Positions 45,595-55,720 are shown, numbered from the stretch's first letter. The stretch: 64,000 bases of DNA from an uncultured Psychrobacter sp. (GCF_947500265.1 NZ_CANMRN010000005.1:159307-223306); one strand, 5' to 3'. The notes: generated from the letters alone by a model not told the origin. Translations and numbers: made by a program.

Positions 45595-46893
45595 ATGGCA
45601 CCTATCATAAAACCAATTGTCAATCTTGCAACTGAATTGCCAAAGAAAACGACAGTTGTCATTATTGGTGGCGGTATTGTTGGATTAACTGCCGCGTTAA
45701 CCCTTACCGAGCGAGGCGTACCAGTAGTAGTACTAGAAAAAGGCCGTTTTGTTGGTGAGCAGTCGTCACGTAATCTAGGCTGGGTACGTAAAACGAGCCG
45801 TGCCGAAAATGATGTGCCACTAGCAGTAGAGTCCGATAGATTGTGGGCTGGTATGAATGAGCGTGTTGGTGCTGATGTGGGTTATCGCCAATCAGGTATT
45901 ATGTTTTTAGGCAAAACTGACACTGATATAGCAGGGTACGAGAATTGGTTAAAATCAATCGATCATTTGAAGCTTGGCTCAAAGCTACTCACACCAAGCC
46001 AAATAGATGAGCTAGTACCCAATGGTATCGGTGATTGGAAAGGTGCTCTATATACACCATCTGATGGTCGTGCCGAACCCGAACTTGCTGCCAGTGCTAT
46101 TGCCAATGCTGCCCAAAGAAAAGGCGCGATATTGATTGAAAATTGTTCGGCACGCACATTAATGACAACAGCAGGCCGTGTCTCAGGTGTGATTACAGAG
46201 CATGGTGAGATTCAATGCGACAATGTATTACTGGCTTCTGGTGCGTGGTCACGTCGTTTCTTAGGTAATATGGGAATACACTTCCCTACACTACCTTTGT
46301 TTTTGTCAGTATTTAAAACCAAGCCGTTACCGCATATTCCTATCGATATAGCAGTAGGCGCGCCTAATTTTTCTTTCCGAAAACATATCGATGGTAGTTT
46401 TATCATGATGCAACGTGGCGCGTTAGATGCACCATTGACCATTGACCACCTAAAAATTGGCACACAGTTTTTAGGGGCACTTAAACATGGTAAAGACATG
46501 ATGCATATACGCCTGAACAGTTTTTTTATAGAAGACTGGAAACTGGGTCGCCGCTGGTCAAAAGATGAAATAAGCCCCTTTGAAAAAGTACGGACCTTCA
46601 ATCCTCCTATTAACCAAAGCTTCAATCAAGACGCGCTGAATAACCTTAGACAAGCTTGGCCTGTTTTTCAAGATGCTGAGATTGAAAATGAATGGGGCGG
46701 TGCTATTGACGTGACACCTGATTCTAACCCAGTCATTGCTAATATAGATGCAGTGCCAGGATTGACCGTTGCCATTGGCTTTAGTGGTCATGGTTTTGGC
46801 ACCTCGCCTGCCGCAGGACAATTGGCTGCCGATTTAGTGATGGGTACGACGCCTTTGATTGATCCGGCGCCTTATCGATTCTCACGTTTTTAG
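45595..46893 (+). CDS. FAD-dependent oxidoreductase (DAO / D-amino-acid dehydrogenase-like)
   Basis: It has the N-terminal dinucleotide fold VVIIGGGIVGLTAALTLTERG and a C-terminal GFSGHGFGTSPAAG motif. Confidence 0.8.
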   Translation: MAPIIKPIVNLATELPKKTTVVIIGGGIVGLTAALTLTERGVPVVVLEKGRFVGEQSSRNLGWVRKTSRAENDVPLAVESDRLWAGMNERVGADVGYRQSGIMFLGKTDTDIAGYENWLKSIDHLKLGSKLLTPSQIDELVPNGIGDWKGALYTPSDGRAEPELAASAIANAAQRKGAILIENCSARTLMTTAGRVSGVITEHGEIQCDNVLLASGAWSRRFLGNMGIHFPTLPLFLSVFKTKPLPHIPIDIAVGAPNFSFRKHIDGSFIMMQRGALDAPLTIDHLKIGTQFLGALKHGKDMMHIRLNSFFIEDWKLGRRWSKDEISPFEKVRTFNPPINQSFNQDALNNLRQAWPVFQDAEIENEWGGAIDVTPDSNPVIANIDAVPGLTVAIGFSGHGFGTSPAAGQLAADLVMGTTPLIDPAPYRFSRF

Positions 46894-47044
46894 TTTTTCA
46901 CTTTTTAATACCATTGATATGGCCAGTTCAAGATAATTGGGATACAAGGAAGCCGAGTGAAAGTACTACACATAGCAGGCCAAGTGAAAACTGACACCGT
47001 ATCTAATCTGCCAGTAACTGACTATATTCTAAAAAATTGACTAA

Positions 47045-47071
47045 AAAGGACACCTATAGTTGTCCTTTTTT
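47045..47071 (+). terminator. Rho-independent terminator
   Basis: AAAGGACA-CCTATAGT-TGTCCTTTTTT. Confidence 0.5.
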
Positions 47072-47165
47072 AACCCATTGCTAAGAAAATCGCGGCGATT
47101 CGCATCGTTCTATGTGCTTCGCCTAAGTATCTCAAATATAATGGTACGCCTTTTATTTTTTCAAG

Positions 47166-47208
47166 AAACAAAAAAAGGCCATATTGTTATAGTAACAATA
47201 TGGCCTTT
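47166..47208 (-). terminator. Rho-independent terminator after the TRAP large permease gene
   Basis: On the minus strand the sequence reads AAAGGCCATATTGTTA-CTA-TAACAATATGGCCTTTTTTTGTTTC. It lies about 30 nt downstream of the stop at 47240. Confidence 0.65.
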
Positions 47209-47239
47209 GGATACAACCCTTACTGCCTGACTATATCTG

Positions 47240-48529
47240 TTAGCTCAACAACACTAAAGATACTGCAGGGAAAGCGACTAAGATTACCAGTCGAATCACA
47301 TCAGACACAATAAAAGGCATAACCCCTTTGAACATCTCAGAAAGTTTGATATGCGGCGCCATCGCCTTAATCACAAAGATATTCATTCCCATCGGCGGTG
47401 TAATCAGACCAAGCTCCACCGTCAACACAGCAACAATACCAAACCAAACCGGATCAAACCCTAACGCCACAATGATTGGATAAACGACTGGAATGGTAAT
47501 CACTAGCATCGCTAAGGCATCCATAAACAACCCAAGCAAAAAGTACATGATGAGAATGCAGATAAGAACCACCATGGGACTCACTGCTAGCGTACCAATC
47601 CAATTTGCGAGTGTATAAGACAAGCGCGATACTGAGATAAAGTAACCCAAAGCTTCGGCACCCAGTAGCATAAAAAATACTACCGCCGATAACGCAAGCG
47701 TCTCAATGAGTGATTGCTTCAGTCCTTTCATACGCATGCCTTTGGCAAACGCATAAGCCCAAGACACAAATGCGCCCACTGCCGCGCCTTCTGTTGGCGT
47801 AAATAAGCCAAAGAAGATACCTGCAATAATCACGATAAAGATAAAGCTAAAGGGTATAAGTCCGGTTAGTGATAATAGCTTGGCTTTCCAAGAAGTGGAC
47901 TCACCGCGACGTGCCAAATGCGGCTTCCAACGTACCATAATCATCACGGTGATTGAATACATCACCATGCCAAGCATTCCAGGCAAAAAGCCAGCAATAA
48001 ACATATCGCCAACTGACTGCTGGGTTAAAATGGCATAAACCAGCAAGGCAATACTGGGTGGAATCATAATACCTAACGTGCCACCAGCGGCTAAAATACC
48101 ACAGGCAAAGCCGGGTTGATAACCGTATTTCTCCATTTGCGGTAAGGCAACTTTGGTCATAGTAGAGGCAGTCGCCAGTGAAGAACCAGAAATAGAGGCA
48201 AAGATACCAGATGACCCAATACCGGCAATACCGAGACTCCCCCTAACCCCGCCAAATATAGTTCTAGTGGCATCAAAAAGCTTACCTGCCATACCAGAAT
48301 GCGTGGCAAACACCCCCATCAACACAAACAATGGAATCGCACTAAAGTCATACTTGGCTAATACATCTACTGGAATGTCTTTAAGCATTTGTACCGCAGC
48401 GCTTGGCGCAGTCACTGCACCAAAACCCACCAGACCAACTCCTAACATCGCGAGCGCTACAGGCACTCGTACAATGACCAGCAATATCATAGTAATTAAA
48501 CCAATCGCACCGATAATTTCTGGACTCAT
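47240..48529 (-). CDS. TRAP transporter large permease (DctM family)
   Basis: 429 aa and polytopic. It overlaps the upstream small permease gene by 4 nt, in the typical DctQM arrangement. Confidence 0.9.
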   Translation of the reverse strand: MSPEIIGAIGLITMILLVIVRVPVALAMLGVGLVGFGAVTAPSAAVQMLKDIPVDVLAKYDFSAIPLFVLMGVFATHSGMAGKLFDATRTIFGGVRGSLGIAGIGSSGIFASISGSSLATASTMTKVALPQMEKYGYQPGFACGILAAGGTLGIMIPPSIALLVYAILTQQSVGDMFIAGFLPGMLGMVMYSITVMIMVRWKPHLARRGESTSWKAKLLSLTGLIPFSFIFIVIIAGIFFGLFTPTEGAAVGAFVSWAYAFAKGMRMKGLKQSLIETLALSAVVFFMLLGAEALGYFISVSRLSYTLANWIGTLAVSPMVVLICILIMYFLLGLFMDALAMLVITIPVVYPIIVALGFDPVWFGIVAVLTVELGLITPPMGMNIFVIKAMAPHIKLSEMFKGVMPFIVSDVIRLVILVAFPAVSLVLLS

Positions 48530-49053
48530 GCGCCTGTCTCCTCAGCGTCAAAGAACTCGCCTGTTTTAAAGATATTGATGGATTCGATTAAAGAGCGAAT
48601 GGCGAGTAATAGACTTAAGAAGGCACTAAAGGCATAAATAGGCATCATAGATACTCGAAGGTCTTGAGTGACCTTACCGTACTCTATAGCATCGAAAGCA
48701 CTCTCATAAAGCCCCCACGCAAACACAATACCTAGGATAAAAAAGCCCACCATAAAGCAGCCCATCATGTAGCCTTTGATGGACTGAGGCATTTTCTGGG
48801 TGAATACATCAACAATGATTTGAGAGCGTTCGACAAAAGAGGCAAAAGCGGCCAATAATGCGAACATCATGAAATAAGAGACAATTTCGACACTGCCCTT
48901 GACGGTAAATCCAAACTCACCACCTGTGAGTTTGAATAGATAACGGGCGGTTACGTCTAGCATGGTTGTAAGCACAATAATAATAAGACTGAGACCCCCA
49001 ATAAATTGACACAGTCTTGAGATAAAATTACTGGTTTTCACCAGGTATTCCAT
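48526..49053 (-). CDS. TRAP transporter small permease (DctQ family)
   Basis: The track ORF is extended to 49128 and overlaps the binding-protein gene. An ATG at 49053 (MEYLVKTSNF...) has the SD GAGGAG and removes the overlap. There are four hydrophobic segments. Confidence 0.8.
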   Translation of the reverse strand: MEYLVKTSNFISRLCQFIGGLSLIIIVLTTMLDVTARYLFKLTGGEFGFTVKGSVEIVSYFMMFALLAAFASFVERSQIIVDVFTQKMPQSIKGYMMGCFMVGFFILGIVFAWGLYESAFDAIEYGKVTQDLRVSMMPIYAFSAFLSLLLAIRSLIESINIFKTGEFFDAEETGA

Positions 49054-49069
49054 AGGTAGCTCCTCTAAG

Positions 49070-50128
49070 TTAGACTTTACAGGCAGCGCTAGCCGCTTGG
49101 GTTTTTTGGTAAACATCTTGCGCGTCATGACCGAGCTTAGTCACATCATCAAGATATTGTTGTGTACCTTCTAATAGAATGCCTTTCCATGCGGGATTAT
49201 TAAGAGGATCTGGAATATCTGTTACTTCTTGACCTAATGCTTTGGCGTTTTTCAGTGCGATTTGATCTTCCTTATCCAATACTTCACCCACTTTTTTTGC
49301 CATGGCCATGCCTGAGTTATCATCAATCACACTTTTTAAGTCATCAGGTAAGCTGTCATACTTTTGCTTATTCATCGTTACCAATGCCGCCGAACTATAA
49401 AAAGGGATATTGGTATGATATTTCACCAGCTCATCAATTTTAAACGTTTCAACCGCACCCCAAGGTAAGCTTAGACCATCAATAACACCGCGCTGTAACG
49501 ATGTATAAATATCATTAGAAGGCAAACCTATAGGCGATGCACTCATATTTTCCATAAGGCTGGCCGCCACTACCGAGGGATGGCGCATACGCAGGCCTTT
49601 CATATCTTCAGGTTTTTTAATAGGTTTAGTGGTTGTATGCAATACACCTGGGCCTGCACCATAGGCAAATAGTAAGTGCGAGTCTTCGTATTCACTAGCA
49701 ATGGTGCCGTTGTCATATAGTGTTTGTACGATGCAGCCCATTTGTGTCGCAGAATTAGAAAGCCCTGGCAGCTCTGCTATTTGAGTCAGAGGAAAGCGAC
49801 CACTGGTAAAACCATGCGCTTGAGAGCCGATATCGACAATGCCTTTGACCGTGGCATCATAGGTTGCGCCTGGTTCGCTGAGCGTGGCTGAGGGGTACAG
49901 CTCAACTTTTAGGCGACCATTAGAATCAGCTTCTATCTTTTTAGCCCAAGGTTCAAATATCTCTGTGTTCATGTTTGAGGTAGCAGGCCAATAATATGAA
50001 AACCGTAGGGTCGTCGTGTCTTGAGAGTTCGTAGACGAGCCATCGGCATTGGTATCTGCTTGGTTAGAACAACCAAGCAAACCAACCGTTGCGAGTATTG
50101 TCATTGAAAAAAATGAAGCCAATTTCAT
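49070..50128 (-). CDS. TRAP transporter substrate-binding protein (DctP family), lipoprotein
   Basis: The start is taken at 50128 (MKLASFFSMTILATVGLLGCSN, lipobox, SD AAAGGA). It has a DctP-like body, and the genes are in P-Q-M order. Confidence 0.85.
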   Translation of the reverse strand: MKLASFFSMTILATVGLLGCSNQADTNADGSSTNSQDTTTLRFSYYWPATSNMNTEIFEPWAKKIEADSNGRLKVELYPSATLSEPGATYDATVKGIVDIGSQAHGFTSGRFPLTQIAELPGLSNSATQMGCIVQTLYDNGTIASEYEDSHLLFAYGAGPGVLHTTTKPIKKPEDMKGLRMRHPSVVAASLMENMSASPIGLPSNDIYTSLQRGVIDGLSLPWGAVETFKIDELVKYHTNIPFYSSAALVTMNKQKYDSLPDDLKSVIDDNSGMAMAKKVGEVLDKEDQIALKNAKALGQEVTDIPDPLNNPAWKGILLEGTQQYLDDVTKLGHDAQDVYQKTQAASAACKV

Positions 50129-50211
50129 TGCTGAATCCTTTCGTTGATAATGTGAGGTCATGTTAAAAAAACGATGACACTAAGCCTGATGACATAGCAT
50201 CAGGCACGGTG

Positions 50212-51138
50212 CTACAACATCTCCCTAGAATATAAAGTACGCAATGTATTTTTCATTTCGTTGTAGCTATCACCTTCCACACGATCGGCTAGCTCTTTTT
50301 TGTACTGCTTTTCAATCGCTAATAGTTTTTGCGCGATTTGCACACCTTCCGCAGTTAAACAGGCCGTTTGGGTATCACACTGTACATGAGCACCAATACT
50401 CTTTAATGCATCCAATAAGGCAGTTTTAGGTTGCATAACAAACTGTCCTAAGGTGTCTAAATCCAAAGGATTACCATCAGCCAAGCAAGCATAAATGCGC
50501 CATAATTCAGGGCTAACACCTGCCGCCTCATTTAGGCGATCATAAAAAACCTTGCTAAGTTGGGTATAAGAGGCTCTCAATAAATAGAGTATGTGGTCTT
50601 CTAGAAAATCATGCTGATTTAACACATCTACTTGTTTGGTGTTTAAAACATCATAATGTGGACTGGCTTGAGCATAAGAGCCCTGAGAAAAAACGAGTGG
50701 ACGGGCATTGTCGGCAATTTTATAATCAACCACTTCACCCACCATAATTAAATGATCACCGCCATCGTAAATGTTCCAGTTTTTACATTGTAATTGTGTC
50801 AATGCTTCTGGCAGTAAAGGGCTATCGCCTAAGCCATTGGTATAGTCAACGTCGCTAAACTTATCTTGGCCACGTCCAGCAAAACGGTTAGAAAGTGGAA
50901 TCTGTTGGTCACTTAAGATGTTAACGGCAAAATATTCACAGTTCTGGAAAGCCTCTAAACTATGTGCACCTTTATCAATACTCCATAAGATAAGCGCAGG
51001 GCTCACTGATACAGTATTAAAACTACTGGCAGTCACACCAATCGGCTCACCTTCTGCCGTACGGGTCGTAATGACAGTAACACCTGTCGGAAATTGGCTA
51101 AATACCTGACGCAGTTCTTTGGGATCAAAATTTGACAT
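50212..51138 (-). CDS. iacG: Flavin reductase domain protein (IacG-like) with a ~140-aa C-terminal MarR-like winged-helix extension
   Basis: The N-terminus FSQFPTGVTVITT...GVTASSFNTVSVSPALILWS is the flavin-reductase fold. The C-terminal half (ILYLLRASYTQLSKVFYDRL...GVSPELWRIYACLADG.PLDLDTLGQFV...LTAEG) resembles a MarR-type wHTH. It is the last gene of the iac block. Confidence 0.65.
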   Translation of the reverse strand: MSNFDPKELRQVFSQFPTGVTVITTRTAEGEPIGVTASSFNTVSVSPALILWSIDKGAHSLEAFQNCEYFAVNILSDQQIPLSNRFAGRGQDKFSDVDYTNGLGDSPLLPEALTQLQCKNWNIYDGGDHLIMVGEVVDYKIADNARPLVFSQGSYAQASPHYDVLNTKQVDVLNQHDFLEDHILYLLRASYTQLSKVFYDRLNEAAGVSPELWRIYACLADGNPLDLDTLGQFVMQPKTALLDALKSIGAHVQCDTQTACLTAEGVQIAQKLLAIEKQYKKELADRVEGDSYNEMKNTLRTLYSREML

Positions 51139-51275
51139 AACACTCTCCTGAATTTAACGAAAAAGATTCACTAAAAATAAAGGGCTTATACGCAAAGTAA
51201 CGCACTAAAAAACCCTACGCTATCCATAGCAATCAAATAATTGTTTACATACCTATTAATAAAAAGCCATCACTA

Positions 51276-52229
51276 CTAAATATCTAATACCAATGTCGAT
51301 GACTTAGATCGTGAGCAACAAACGGCTATTTGATCGTTGTCAGATTTTTCATCATCAGTTAAAAATTGGTCACGGTGGTCCGGCTCACCCTCTAATACAT
51401 CGACAATACAAGTGCCGCAAATACCTTGCTCACAAGATACTTCCACCTTGATACCCGCATCGGACAATGCTTGCATAATGGTTTGAGTACCAGAGACAGA
51501 GATGGTTTTGCCACTTTGCTCAGCAATCACGGTAAATGCTTCACCCGTACTGTCTACTTCGACACTGAAATATTCAAAATGAATATTTTTGTCTTTGAAA
51601 CCTATTTCTTTCGCGCTGCCCATTATCCAGTCCATAAAACCTGATGGACCACAAGTGTAGACATGGGTACCAGCTGCCGCTTCACCAAAATCTACGGCTG
51701 GGTTTAAGCGTTGTTCGTCACCTAAATCATCGCAATGCACTTTTAATTCATCACCAAAATCGCGTTGTAACTCATCTAAAAATGCGACTTCGCTATGCGA
51801 ACGGACACAGTAATGTAAGTCAAACGATTTGCCTGCCGCTTTTAGGGTATAGGCCATCGCAATCATTGGAGTAATACCAATGCCGCCGCCTGCTAAAATA
51901 CTGTGATCAGCGGTCATATCAAGTGGAAACAAGTTACTGGGTTCAGTGATAGTGACCGTGTCACCCGCCTTTAATTGCTCATGAATCGCAATAGAACCAC
52001 CGCGTGACTTAGGATCTTTTAATATACCTAAACGATAAAATGCGGTTTCGTCTGGTGCACTGCAAAGCGAGTATTGACGAATGGTGTCATCATTTACATG
52101 AACTGCAATATGCGCCCCTGCACTAAAAGCAGGTAATGGTGAACCATCTACATTGGTCAGGGTAAGTGACACCACATCGGAGGACATCATTTGTCTTTCG
52201 GTAATGGTTACATTAAGTAAGTTATTCAT
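51276..52229 (-). CDS. iacF: PDR/VanB-type oxidoreductase (FNR-like domain + plant-type 2Fe-2S), IacF-like
   Basis: 317 aa. It has the C-terminal cluster motif CEQGICGTCIVDV and the FNR-like GGGIGITPM. The call is supported by its position in the iac cluster. Confidence 0.8.
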   Translation of the reverse strand: MNNLLNVTITERQMMSSDVVSLTLTNVDGSPLPAFSAGAHIAVHVNDDTIRQYSLCSAPDETAFYRLGILKDPKSRGGSIAIHEQLKAGDTVTITEPSNLFPLDMTADHSILAGGGIGITPMIAMAYTLKAAGKSFDLHYCVRSHSEVAFLDELQRDFGDELKVHCDDLGDEQRLNPAVDFGEAAAGTHVYTCGPSGFMDWIMGSAKEIGFKDKNIHFEYFSVEVDSTGEAFTVIAEQSGKTISVSGTQTIMQALSDAGIKVEVSCEQGICGTCIVDVLEGEPDHRDQFLTDDEKSDNDQIAVCCSRSKSSTLVLDI

Positions 52230-52317
52230 AATTGATTAAGTCCTGTCATAAATTTGATTGAAGGGTTAAGAATTTTCTGCCTACGCCAATCTCCAATCAC
52301 ACAGCATGCAGAAATCG

Positions 52318-52500
52318 TGGCTTTTAACGGGTGGTCATTTTTAACAAAGCATTATGTTTAACAACATTGAACGGTGTTTAACAAATTGTGGCTTTTAATA
52401 ACGACCCATTTTTAACCATTGGCAGTATTTAATCATTTGTTGCTTTTTAACAGTTGCTAGCACTTGGGAGTCGCTGGCTTTTAAAAAATGTGCTTTAAAC
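52318..52500. repeat. Degenerate ~17-bp periodic array built on TTTAAC/TTTAAT (about 10 units) in the iacE-iacF gap
   Basis: The hexamer starts at 52323, 52340, 52357, 52377, 52394, 52411, 52428, 52446, 52480 and 52494. The spacings are 17,17,20,17,17,17,18,34,14. TGGCTTTTAA recurs three times. Confidence 0.6.
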
Positions 52501-52597
52501 CAATCGCTATTTTGGCAATATGGACATTCAAACTGTCCCGATTATCAGACAATCCTATTGCCGTACTGCCAAAATATCAGGTGCATATCAGTAGCGT

Positions 52598-53341
52598 TTA
52601 ACGCATTGATAAACCACCATTGGCATCCCATGTCGCGCCTGTCACACCAAAGGCATTACGGTCTACTAGCTGTGACACCATCGATCCGATAAAGTCAGGG
52701 CTACCCAACGCTTTTACCGGTATAACGTTTTCCAATAAGTGAGCAAGTCTTTCAGGTGATACCAACTCATGTACAATTGGTAAATCCATAGGGCCTGGGG
52801 CCACGGCGTTTACCGTTACGCCTTTTGCCGCTAAATTACTGGCAAACACTTTAGTCATAGTGATGATGCCACCTTTGCTAGAGGCATAATGCACCCCTGC
52901 CGCGGCGCCACCATTTTGACCAGCTAATGAAGTCATGTTGACGATACGGCCGTAGTTTTTATCGGCAAAATAGGCACCGAACACTTGGCAACCAAATAAT
53001 GTACCGCGTAAATTAACGCTCAACACCTTATCGAACTCTTCGGCCGTCACATCCATTACTGGTGTGGTTAAGGTAAGTGCTGCATTGTTAACCAAACCTT
53101 GCACCTGCCCAAAATGCGCTTCGATATCGATTAATGCTTGTTCGAAATCTGCTTTTTGGGTCACATCTAATTTAAAGCCAGCAGCAATATCTGTACTGCT
53201 GCTTACTCTAGTGGCGGCTTCTACGGCTTTTTCTTTATTAACGTCGGTAATTGCGACACAAAAACCGTTAGCGATCAAAGCCTTGGCGATACACTCGCCT
53301 AGACCTTGACCGGCACCTGTTATTACGATGACATCTTTCAT
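52598..53341 (-). CDS. iacE: Short-chain dehydrogenase/reductase, IacE-like
   Basis: It has VITGAGQGLG (TGxxxGxG), NAA and YASSK catalytic motifs. The call is supported by its position after the Rieske oxygenase genes. Confidence 0.8.
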   Translation of the reverse strand: MKDVIVITGAGQGLGECIAKALIANGFCVAITDVNKEKAVEAATRVSSSTDIAAGFKLDVTQKADFEQALIDIEAHFGQVQGLVNNAALTLTTPVMDVTAEEFDKVLSVNLRGTLFGCQVFGAYFADKNYGRIVNMTSLAGQNGGAAAGVHYASSKGGIITMTKVFASNLAAKGVTVNAVAPGPMDLPIVHELVSPERLAHLLENVIPVKALGSPDFIGSMVSQLVDRNAFGVTGATWDANGGLSMR

Positions 53342-53371
53342 AAGTACACTCTCTTAACAGATACCGATGGA

Positions 53372-53851
53372 TTAAAGGATGTAGCTGATGGTGCGTAGGT
53401 AGTCTTCTGCATTAATCAGCTTGACCACTTTTTGCTTGATAACAAAGCTGTCACCGTTAGGTACAAGTTTGTAGTCAATATTTGCGACATATTGCTTAAG
53501 AACACCAAGACGGCTTTCGTTAATCAATAAGGCACAGCGGGCCTCAATGATATTATTTTCGGTTTCATTCACTCGTAAACGAGACGTCAAACGAATGGTA
53601 CCGCCATTGCTTTCAACCGATACAGATTCGCCACTCATCAAACGTGCCACGCGCATTCTACGCATGTCAGCATCATCATAAGCATAGTTCAAACGACTCA
53701 CGTAATCGTCATCTGAGGTATCAATTGGCACCACATACACACCGTCGGCTTGCCACAAAGGCAACCACTGATCGTATTGCTTGGCATCTAACAAATCATT
53801 TTCGTAGTCAATAAATGCCGAAACGCTAACGTATATATCGTTACTCATCAT
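53372..53851 (-). CDS. iacD: Aromatic ring-hydroxylating oxygenase beta subunit, IacD-like
   Basis: It has an NTF2-like size and pattern. The start is taken at MMSNDIY, where the ATG overlaps the alpha-subunit stop (TAATG). The track ORF start at 53890 would overlap iacC. Confidence 0.8.
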   Translation of the reverse strand: MMSNDIYVSVSAFIDYENDLLDAKQYDQWLPLWQADGVYVVPIDTSDDDYVSRLNYAYDDADMRRMRVARLMSGESVSVESNGGTIRLTSRLRVNETENNIIEARCALLINESRLGVLKQYVANIDYKLVPNGDSFVIKQKVVKLINAEDYLRTISYIL

Positions 53852-55134
53852 TATTCTCCCTGTTCCCATTCGCCCATCATTTTTGCCCACTGCTTATAAG
53901 CCGCTTTCATACCGACTTCTGAACACACGGTGCTATAGTCATTGCCGAGCTCATTTTGCTTGACCATTTCTTGACCACGGTTCACTAAAATCCATTCGTT
54001 GGTGCCGCTTTGCGAGCCTTTTTGAACACGTTCCCATGCTTCAGAATCATCTGGCGTACCGAAACCCATTGGGCCTTGGAAATGCTCATGCAAACGAATA
54101 CGGGCTTTGTTAAAGGCATCTGGTGCGCCATCACCACCGATAGCGATATGTTGAATTTCAGTTTCATTAACAGCGATAGGTGCTAATACACGGAAGAAAG
54201 CCATTGAACACGCCACGTTCGGGAATAGATTTAAGTTAAACCCTGAGCCCGCTGCGGCACGAACCAATTTACGAACTTTCTCATCGCTATGGCCTTCAGC
54301 AGTTAACTCTGCCGCCAGTGCTTCAAAACGCTTGGGAATTGGGTCGTCTAAGTTTTCTTCTAAATCTACTAACTCAGGAATCATCACCATCACACTGTGA
54401 CCATTACCCAAATCTTCTACAAAACCGTCACCTTCCAAAAAGTCAAAAATCTCTGCGGTATCACCATCTAATGATGAGATAAACGATTTATGAATGATTG
54501 GAAAATGGTAGGCATCAGTCGTATTTTCTAGCTGAATTTTCCAGTTGCCTGGGAAGCGAAAACGGTGCTCACCCAACGTTTTGATTGGATAGCCACCACC
54601 TTGTTTGATAAACAAGTCAATCCATTTTTTCGCACCACCTAGAAAGTCTTCTAGCGGTTCGATATCATTATTAAAAGTAGCAAAAATCAAACCTTGATAA
54701 GATTCCATGCGTAAGCTGATAAGTGGCAGATTTTCTTTCTCAATCACACCCTCATAAGGACCCGCAATTGGTATAGCGCGTAACGTACCGTCTTGTCCAT
54801 AACCCCAACCGTGGTACGGGCATACAAAACTTCGCGCATTACCTTTGTGTTTCTCACAAATGGTTGCACCGCGATGACGGCAACGGTTTACCAATACGTG
54901 GATATCCATTTTTCTGTCACGTGATACGATGACTGAATGGCGACCGATACGGGCCGTTTTATAATCGCCTTTTTTTGATATCTCACTTTCATGGCCGACC
55001 CATACCCAAGTATTGTCAAAAATTGCATCCATTTCTTTGTCGAATACTTGCTCATCTGTGTACATCTCAGACAATACTTTATCGCCTTCAGGGGCTACTA
55101 ATTGACTGACTGGAATACGTTTTTCATTTAACAT
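53851..55134 (-). CDS. iacC: Rieske non-haem iron oxygenase alpha subunit, IacC-like
   Basis: The Rieske motif is CRHRGATICEKHKGNARSFVCPYHGWGY. The mononuclear iron region is DAYHFPIIH. The start is chosen at 55134 (MLNEKRIP, SD AAGGAGAG 6 nt upstream) rather than the track start at 55281, which overlaps iacI. Confidence 0.85.
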   Translation of the reverse strand: MLNEKRIPVSQLVAPEGDKVLSEMYTDEQVFDKEMDAIFDNTWVWVGHESEISKKGDYKTARIGRHSVIVSRDRKMDIHVLVNRCRHRGATICEKHKGNARSFVCPYHGWGYGQDGTLRAIPIAGPYEGVIEKENLPLISLRMESYQGLIFATFNNDIEPLEDFLGGAKKWIDLFIKQGGGYPIKTLGEHRFRFPGNWKIQLENTTDAYHFPIIHKSFISSLDGDTAEIFDFLEGDGFVEDLGNGHSVMVMIPELVDLEENLDDPIPKRFEALAAELTAEGHSDEKVRKLVRAAAGSGFNLNLFPNVACSMAFFRVLAPIAVNETEIQHIAIGGDGAPDAFNKARIRLHEHFQGPMGFGTPDDSEAWERVQKGSQSGTNEWILVNRGQEMVKQNELGNDYSTVCSEVGMKAAYKQWAKMMGEWEQGE

Positions 55135-55174
55135 ATCTGGCTCTCCTTGAACTTTTTTATTTGTCATTTCATGA

Positions 55175-55693
55175 TTATTTTGGGGTGGGCAATTCCTTAT
55201 CCACGTCCCAAGGGGTATCAACAGGGCGATTAAACAGGCTTTCAGTCTGGAAGTGTTTAATTTTCCATTGTTCGTTTTCAAGCATAAAGGTTACGGTCAA
55301 TCTGGCACTACTCAACTGCGAGCGCCCATCATGAAAGGTTGCGGTTTGAAGCAGTAGCCATGTGCCTTCTGCAGTTTGCTCTGATACGGTAATAAACTCA
55401 TTGGTCAAAAAATGCGAGTTAAAAACAAAGTGGGCGGGCGGTAATGTGTATTTTTCAAACATTTTCGCAATGGCGTCTTTTCCTTCATACGCCCCAAATG
55501 TCTTTGCATAACGCTTACCCACACCTTGCCAAACCGCATCTGATGTGAACAAATCCATCAGTAACGACAAATCAAAGCCCATGTCTAGCACGTCACACAA
55601 CGACATATAACGTTGCATACAAGCACGGACTTCTCTTTCTTGCTCTAACACCCAAATGCGTTTGCTTAGGCTGGCTACTGTTTCTGTTGTCAT
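55175..55693 (-). CDS. iacI: SnoaL/NTF2-like protein, IacI-like
   Basis: 172 aa with an NTF2-like pattern. The assignment comes mainly from its position between iacB and iacC, as in the iacHABICDEFG arrangement. Confidence 0.55.
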   Translation of the reverse strand: MTTETVASLSKRIWVLEQEREVRACMQRYMSLCDVLDMGFDLSLLMDLFTSDAVWQGVGKRYAKTFGAYEGKDAIAKMFEKYTLPPAHFVFNSHFLTNEFITVSEQTAEGTWLLLQTATFHDGRSQLSSARLTVTFMLENEQWKIKHFQTESLFNRPVDTPWDVDKELPTPK

Positions 55694-55720
55694 AATAATG
55701 CCTATATAGTTAAGAGAAGC

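Noticed and set aside
52318-52500. Regularly spaced repeats considered as a CRISPR array
   Set aside because: The repeat core is only 6-11 nt and the period is about 17 bp. There is no 24-48-nt repeat/spacer structure and no cas genes. It is kept as an unexplained periodic array instead.
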